From a bacterium (GTDB lineage Bacteria; UBA10199; 2-02-FULL-44-16; JAAZCA01): a stretch of DNA of 64,000 nt. Made by a program: the position numbers and the translations under genes. This document shows positions 58,122-64,000 of the stretch, in pieces. The stretch is from contig CAXXGI010000001.1 of NCBI GenBank assembly GCA_963674695.2, forward strand, positions 480,001 to 544,000, written 5' to 3'. How positions within the stretch are numbered: the first letter of the stretch is position 1; the number at the start of each line of letters is the position of its first letter. Under the pieces are notes generated by a model. The model was not told the origin of the DNA, did no database searches, and was given only the letters and a program-made list of their open reading frames with translations.

Positions 58122-61100
58122 CTAGTCCACCACATGTATCGTATCGACCGGATCGCCGAGGCGGTCGAGGGCGATCATGGAGACGGCAAGCGATTCGATC
58201 TGGTCGTCGTCGGCGCGCAGACAGCCGAAGGTGGGATGGCGGAAATCGCGGCGGCCGCCGTGGAGGAAGAGCGCGCGGCGCTGGGCGATGGCATCATCGG
58301 CCTCTGTCCCGAGCTCGCCGGCGAAGAGGCGAACGCGGCCGAAGCTCACGGCATATTCCTCCACGCCCGCACCCTCGCGACGGCTCGTCCACGCCGCGCC
58401 GCCGGCGCGGCTCTCGCCCGCGATCACCTCGCGCAGGCCATAGCGATCGTAGACCTGGGCGCGATACTGCGCGTTGATGAAGTCGGGGACGCCGATGGAA
58501 TAGGTGCCGTTCGGAAAGGGACCGTTGGCGCCGATCGCGAGCGGGTCGGCCTTGGGTCGCGTCACGTTGTTGGCCACATCGTATTCACCGAGGGGACCGT
58601 AGTCTTCGCTCATGAGCCACATCCGTTCGACCGAGCGCTGAAAGAGGATCCAGGCCAGGCCCAGGATATCGACAAAGCGCGAAGGATCGGCGTTGGCATA
58701 TCCATAGCGATTCGCATCGGGCGCACGCGAATCGAACTGCGGCCGCGCAAAGAGGCGACCGAAGGGAAGGACGCCGTAGTCGGCGGAGATGTGCATCGGC
58801 CGATTGGGGAAAGTCGTGCGCGCCGCGCCCCCCTGTCCGGCGTGCAGGGAGAGCGCGGGCACGATGGCGAGCGAGACCCGCGCCCGATGCGGCGTCTTGA
58901 TGCCGAGCGGATCCGGCGTGAAAAAGCGCGCATGCTGCGGGCTGTAGACGCGCTCGCGCATATCGACGAGACCCGTGCGACGATCGAGGTCGTGACCGGC
59001 GAATGACGCGGTCCCTTCGCAATCGGGCAGCGGTTCGCCATACGGGGCATACCGACAGCGCGATGCGATGGCGCCGTCCTGCACGGTGGCGATGCGCGAA
59101 CCGATGCGATCGCGCAGGAGCAGGCGCGTCTCATCGCCGTCGAGCGTTGCGAATGGAAACGAGGCGCCCTCGGCGAAGAGATGCGCGGCACTCGTCTCGG
59201 CACCCTCGTCGGCGATGCGCAACCAACCGTTCCAGAGGTGACGACGCTCTCCCTCCGACGTCACCGAGCGCACGCGGCGGTCGAAGGCATCGTAGAAGTG
59301 GTGCGCGATCTCCCCCTCGCCTTCGAAGACATGCGTCAGACGATTGAAGGCATCGTAGACATACCGGCGCGACCCGTCGGCGATGAGGTTTCCGCTTGCA
59401 TCGGAGCGCTGCACATCGGCATTCGAAGCAGAAACCCCTTCGATCAGGTTGTCGGCGGCGTCATAGGCATAGCGCCAGGTCTGTCGAGCACCCGGAGATT
59501 CGTCGGTAACTCCGACAAGCCGTCCCACGCCATCGCGCTCGAAGCGACGCACGTGATCGTCGATGCGCTCCTGCGCGAGGAGACCGTCGGCGCCGAAGGC
59601 AAGCTCCCTCGTCAGGAGTGGCTTTGCCCCTGCAACGGTCGCGCGCTGCACATGACCGATCGCGTCGCGCTCGAAACGCTCTTCAACGCCATGGGAAAAT
59701 TGGACGCGTGCAATTGCACCGCGCGAATCGGAGGTGAACGACGCCACGCGATCGGCGCCAACCATCACGCTCACCAATCGTCCCGCCTGATCGCGCAGAT
59801 ACGAGACGGTCGGCCCCGTCGGAGAGTGAAGCGCCACCATACGCCCTGCGTCGTCGAAGGTACGCGTGATCCACGCATCATTTTGCATCTCGGCCACAGG
59901 GCGTGAGAGGGAATCGTAGCGGATGTGCACGCGCGCCATTGCGATGGGATCGGCGATGGCGCCGGCATCCACCGCGCGCGTCAGGCGCCCGAGACCGTCG
60001 TAGGTGAATTGCTGCATTCCCGAGACCGCCCGACTCTCCGCGCGATAGATCTCGCGGCGCATGAGATGTCCCCCCTCGTCGAAGCGTTGGCGCAGGCGCG
60101 AGCCGTCGCGCATCTGCGCACCCACGACGTGATCCTCTTCGTCGTAGGCCAGGCGCGTGCGAGCGCCATCCGGAAGGATCGTCTCGATCAGACGCCCGAG
60201 GGCATCGTAGCCAAACTGCGTCGCATCTCCCATGGCATCGATGAACTGCACGAGGCGATCGTCGGCGCCCCAACGCTGGCGCATCGTCGTTTTGATCTCG
60301 CCCCCCGCACGCGTCACCGTGACACGCCGGCCCAGGTCATCCATCGCAAAACGCAGCGCCCTGTCGCCGGGGGCAATCGCCTCGCGCAAAAAGCCCTGAT
60401 CGTCGTACGCATAGCGCCAGGCGAGGTCTTCCCCCACCGTCACTGTCCGCGGAAACCCCGCATCGGAGTAGGCGATGCGCATCCGATCGAGGCACTTGCC
60501 CTCGGCGTCGATGCAGCTCTCGGTGACGCGCCCGCTCGCATCGCGCTGGAAGACTCGCCGCACACCGGCGGCATCGATCCGGGCGACGAGCAAACCGCGC
60601 GCGTCATACTCGAAGCGTTCCACCGCGCCGGTCGGATCGATCGATGCGATGAGCCTGCCCGCACCATCGTAGCGATAGTGTTCATCGACCCAACGACCGC
60701 GGGCGGGATCCTCGCGCCAGAGCAGGCGTGAGCGCCGCACGAGATTCCCATTCTTATCGTAGACGGCGCGCGCGTGTGCGAGGAGCACACCCTTGGCATC
60801 GACGTCCCGTCGTTCGACGATGCGACCGAGCTTGTCGCGGGCGTATTCCGTGCGGTTCCCCCGAGCATCGATGACAGCGATCACCTCGCCGAAACCGTTG
60901 CGCTGCATCCGCGTGCTGTTCCCGTTTCCGTCGATGAGGGCGATGACCGCACCATCGACATCGCGCTCCACGCGGCGTTCGGAGCGCTCGAGCGAATCGG
61001 CCCCGCGCACGACGCCGCGCACGCGTCCGAGGGCATCGCGCTGCCACACGGTGACGCTTCCACCCGGGGCGATGGCGCGCACCATCCGTCCGGCGCCGTC

Positions 61101-64000
61101 ATAGACCAATCGCCTTTCGCGCATCTGTTCGGGCGCGACCTGCTCGCGCTGTACGGTCAACCGATCGAGCACATCGCGGGCGAACTCCCAGCGCAGCTCG
61201 TGGCCCTCGCGCTCGGTGATGACGGCGACGAGGGCGTCGTTGGCATCGAAGCGATAGCGCAGGCTGGCCAACCCCGGGCGATCCTCGCGCACGATGCGAT
61301 TGCGGGCGTCCAACTGAAATTGCTGCACGGAACCGTCGGGATGGTTGATCGAGGTGATATTCCCCACCGGGTCGTAGGCGAAGCGGCGTTCATCGCCCGC
61401 ACCGCGATCGATGGCGGCGAGATAGCCGCCGGCCTCCGACGCATCGGCGAACGCGTCTCGCGCCAGGTCGTCGCCGTCCGGATCGGCACTCGGATAATAG
61501 CGATACGCGATCGCGACATGCGCGCCGTCGACTTGGCGCGTGAGCTGGCCGAAGCGATCGTGCGCGAACGTCCAGAGGCGCTGCCACTTCCCCTCGTCTT
61601 GCGCGCGTCGCTCGATGGCCATGAGGTCAGCCGCCGCGTTTTCCGCATACACGAATCGCGTCTCGACATGCTCCGGATTGCGCATCAGGTGGGGGCGACC
61701 AAAGCGCGGCTCATAGGCGATGCGCGTCACACGGCTCGCGCCGCCACCGGCGGGTTCATCGACGATGCGCACAGGGCGGTCGATCTCGTGTCCATAGCGA
61801 AAGAGGCGGCAGCGCCCCGATGGGAGGCAGTCGCGCGTGCGCTCACCGCGCCCATTATAATGATAGCGTCGAATGAGGCGATAGGTCCCCTCGTCGAGCC
61901 ACCAGAGGCGCGTGAGGTGCCCGGCCGCATCGTGCTCGTAGAGGCGCGTGGTGCCCACCGCATCGGTGATCCAGGTGCGCGAAGCGACCATGCCCTGCCC
62001 CGGCCCATAGCGCGCATGCATCCAGGAGGCTCCGCCATAGCGCTGCGCGACGATGCGGCGCTGCGCATCGAAGCGATTCTGCAGATAGACCTCCCCCTTG
62101 GCATCCATGATGAGGGTGAGCAGGTGCGCGCGCGGATCGTTCTCGGGCACGCGCGTGTAGCGATAGGCGGTGGTGGTGCCCTGGGGGAATCCCGGAACCG
62201 CGGGCGCGGTCACGCCGATGAGCTCGCGCCGATCGTTGTAGGCATACCGAAAGGTGCGGTCGGCGAAGTCGGTGAGCGATGCGATGAGACCGTCGGCGCG
62301 ACGCGCGATGCGAATGCGCCGACCGAAGACATCGATGATCGTGGCGAGCAGACCCGCATCATTATAATGGAAGGCCAGACGATTGCCGTGGCGATCGATC
62401 GTTTCGATCAGGCGGCCCTCGCGATCGAAGCGCGTGATGAGGCCATCGCGCGCGCGCAGCTCGAAACCGCCCGGCACACGCACGAGCTGCGCATCGCTCC
62501 CGGGCGGAGAGACAAACCCCTCGCCATCGGCACGGAAGAAAAATTTAGCACCGCGCGCGTCGATATGCGTGAGCCCGTCGTGCGTGCCGTCGTTCCAGGG
62601 ACGCAGGTGCTGGGCGTAGCTGTGCGTCCAGCCCCAACCGAACTCGCCGAGGAAGGGACGCGCGCCGCGATAGATGCGCGCGAAGGACAGGTTGAGCCCG
62701 CGCCCGGGGATGACGAGGTCGACCGTCTCGTTGACATACATGCCCGTGGCGGTGAGCACCGGGTCGAGCTCCTCGGAGACGCTCGGGTTGAGCGCGGGCT
62801 CGGCCTCGACCTCCATGATGTCGGCCACGGGACCCAAAACGCGCAGATCGTCGAGCGCCTCGGTTGCGATCTCGGCGATCTCTTCGGAAACCGCGTCGTT
62901 GGCTGCATGCAATGCATCGCGCACCGCCTGCACTTCATCACCGATCTCATCGATCGGGCGCCAGTTGCCGTCCTCACCCAGGAGCCCCCCTTCGAGACCC
63001 GCGCGATCGAGGAGTTCATCCCAGGAGGCGGGGATACCGTTGAACGCATCCGGCACCAGGTCGGCCAGTTCATCCGCACCGCGATCCATCGCGCGCGCGA
63101 GTTCATCGATGCGCTCGCGCATCGGTCCGACAATGCGCTCCTGAAGATCGGTGAGTTCGCGCCCAATCTCATCGGTCACGCGTTCGAGTTCAGCGCTGAT
63201 TTCATCGAGCGGTTCGTTGAGCAGGGCATCGATGCGGTCGGCCTGTTGCTGCAGACGATCGAACGGCTCGGCCAACTCCTCGAGGATCCCGTCGAACTCG
63301 GGCGCAAAGCCGGCGACCCAGGCGACATCGCGCGCAAGAGCGGCCAACTGCATGAGCGAGAGGTTGATCGCTTGGCGATTGCGCACCTGCCAGAGCATGA
63401 CGCGCATGACCTCCATACCGCGACGCAGCTCAAAGGGATCGACGGTCATCCCCATATACGCACGTGCGAAATGAGCTGCTGCCGAGGCAGCGAGCATGGC
63501 GGCATAAGCGGGCGTGGGGAGTTTTATCGCCGGGCGATTGAGGATGGAGTCGCGTAGGTTCTGCAACGCCTCGCCCGGAAAATATTGGCGCGCCTCATCC
63601 ACATATCGCTCGAACGCTTCGGGTCCGGCCTGCAATGCCTGCATGGCCTCGGGCGGAAGATTTCCCTCAAGGGCATCGCTGATGCGCGCGCGCAGAGCCG
63701 CAACCGTCCCCTCGCCCACGAGCGCCCCCGTACTCGCAGCGAGATAATCGGCGAAGGTGTCGAGCGAAAGACCGGTGCGGATCGTCTCGCGCAGGTCGGT
63801 GAGCTGCACCCAACTGGGCACGCCGCGCTCACGCGCGAGCGCTTCGAGACGAGAGAGAGCCTGGTCATAGAAACCGGATGCAAGCGCATCGACCTGGTCA
63901 TTGAGGGATATTTCGAGTTCAGCGACGACGCGTTCGGCAATCGCCTCCGCCTCACGGGCGACCTCCTCGCCCACCGCGCGCGCGAAGAGTTCGTCGACCA
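58122..64000 (-). CDS. Rhs/YD-repeat protein, 5'-truncated by the window edge, with L,D-transpeptidase/Tlde1-like C-terminal domain
   Basis: Frame open to the edge; helical region, DUF6531-like DPVLTATG..GRGLNLSFARIY, YD repeats, ERVYSP..RFFTPDP..DPSRFVDILGL; C-terminal LFLHGG..TFGCLR. Confidence 0.9.
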   Translation of the reverse strand, partial: VDELFARAVGEEVAREAEAIAERVVAELEISLNDQVDALASGFYDQALSRLEALARERGVPSWVQLTDLRETIRTGLSLDTFADYLAASTGALVGEGTVAALRARISDALEGNLPPEAMQALQAGPEAFERYVDEARQYFPGEALQNLRDSILNRPAIKLPTPAYAAMLAASAAAHFARAYMGMTVDPFELRRGMEVMRVMLWQVRNRQAINLSLMQLAALARDVAWVAGFAPEFDGILEELAEPFDRLQQQADRIDALLNEPLDEISAELERVTDEIGRELTDLQERIVGPMRERIDELARAMDRGADELADLVPDAFNGIPASWDELLDRAGLEGGLLGEDGNWRPIDEIGDEVQAVRDALHAANDAVSEEIAEIATEALDDLRVLGPVADIMEVEAEPALNPSVSEELDPVLTATGMYVNETVDLVIPGRGLNLSFARIYRGARPFLGEFGWGWTHSYAQHLRPWNDGTHDGLTHIDARGAKFFFRADGEGFVSPPGSDAQLVRVPGGFELRARDGLITRFDREGRLIETIDRHGNRLAFHYNDAGLLATIIDVFGRRIRIARRADGLIASLTDFADRTFRYAYNDRRELIGVTAPAVPGFPQGTTTAYRYTRVPENDPRAHLLTLIMDAKGEVYLQNRFDAQRRIVAQRYGGASWMHARYGPGQGMVASRTWITDAVGTTRLYEHDAAGHLTRLWWLDEGTYRLIRRYHYNGRGERTRDCLPSGRCRLFRYGHEIDRPVRIVDEPAGGGASRVTRIAYEPRFGRPHLMRNPEHVETRFVYAENAAADLMAIERRAQDEGKWQRLWTFAHDRFGQLTRQVDGAHVAIAYRYYPSADPDGDDLARDAFADASEAGGYLAAIDRGAGDERRFAYDPVGNITSINHPDGSVQQFQLDARNRIVREDRPGLASLRYRFDANDALVAVITEREGHELRWEFARDVLDRLTVQREQVAPEQMRERRLVYDGAGRMVRAIAPGGSVTVWQRDALGRVRGVVRGADSLERSERRVERDVDGAVIALIDGNGNSTRMQRNGFGEVIAVIDARGNRTEYARDKLGRIVERRDVDAKGVLLAHARAVYDKNGNLVRRSRLLWREDPARGRWVDEHYRYDGAGRLIASIDPTGAVERFEYDARGLLVARIDAAGVRRVFQRDASGRVTESCIDAEGKCLDRMRIAYSDAGFPRTVTVGEDLAWRYAYDDQGFLREAIAPGDRALRFAMDDLGRRVTVTRAGGEIKTTMRQRWGADDRLVQFIDAMGDATQFGYDALGRLIETILPDGARTRLAYDEEDHVVGAQMRDGSRLRQRFDEGGHLMRREIYRAESRAVSGMQQFTYDGLGRLTRAVDAGAIADPIAMARVHIRYDSLSRPVAEMQNDAWITRTFDDAGRMVALHSPTGPTVSYLRDQAGRLVSVMVGADRVASFTSDSRGAIARVQFSHGVEERFERDAIGHVQRATVAGAKPLLTRELAFGADGLLAQERIDDHVRRFERDGVGRLVGVTDESPGARQTWRYAYDAADNLIEGVSASNADVQRSDASGNLIADGSRRYVYDAFNRLTHVFEGEGEIAHHFYDAFDRRVRSVTSEGERRHLWNGWLRIADEGAETSAAHLFAEGASFPFATLDGDETRLLLRDRIGSRIATVQDGAIASRCRYAPYGEPLPDCEGTASFAGHDLDRRTGLVDMRERVYSPQHARFFTPDPLGIKTPHRARVSLAIVPALSLHAGQGGAARTTFPNRPMHISADYGVLPFGRLFARPQFDSRAPDANRYGYANADPSRFVDILGLAWILFQRSVERMWLMSEDYGPLGEYDVANNVTRPKADPLAIGANGPFPNGTYSIGVPDFINAQYRAQVYDRYGLREVIAGESRAGGAAWTSRREGAGVEEYAVSFGRVRLFAGELGTEADDAIAQRRALFLHGGRRDFRHPTFGCLRADDDQIESLAVSMIALDRLGDPVDTIHVVD

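Overview
A GC-rich bacterial window, by inference from a deltaproteobacteria-like lineage (MglA, MYXO-CTERM-like tails, sigma54 promoters). Almost all genes are on the minus strand. Left arm: transaldolase, an atypical MglA (G21A/Q82E), and a porCDAB operon joined to a NuoE/NuoF/short-NuoG (HydABC/Bfu-like) module with no catalytic subunit of its own. Middle: two closely related S8 protease lipoprotein genes (7.9-10.9 kb and 42.9-45.9 kb) bracket a ~25-kb putative operon. It encodes a 3396-aa Rhs protein with two complete Rhs cores, a candidate immunity protein, a CTERM-anchored S8 protease, a 3270-aa CTERM surface protein and an OmpA-domain barrel protein. An AAA/DUF4143 ATPase gene nearby is flanked by hairpin-repeat arrays. 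Right arm (46-57 kb) is the strongest novelty candidate and holds two adjacent RiPP-like modules. The first has a radical SAM/SPASM enzyme, an S41 peptidase and two Cys-containing precursors sharing a KxEWIxxP leader. The second is a sigma54-driven unit: MFS exporter, B12 radical SAM, an uncalled 27-aa peptide (MKKEEKKAKETKVKRVKPKIVCNYGYC), GNAT-like protein, family-5 solute-binding protein and hybrid histidine kinase. It resembles a peptide signalling circuit with a low-GC specificity cassette. The window ends inside a second Rhs gene with an L,D-transpeptidase/Tlde1-like C-terminus. No rRNA, tRNA, CRISPR array or transposase was recognised. Family calls come from motifs read by eye and GC statements are visual estimates; no searches were run.
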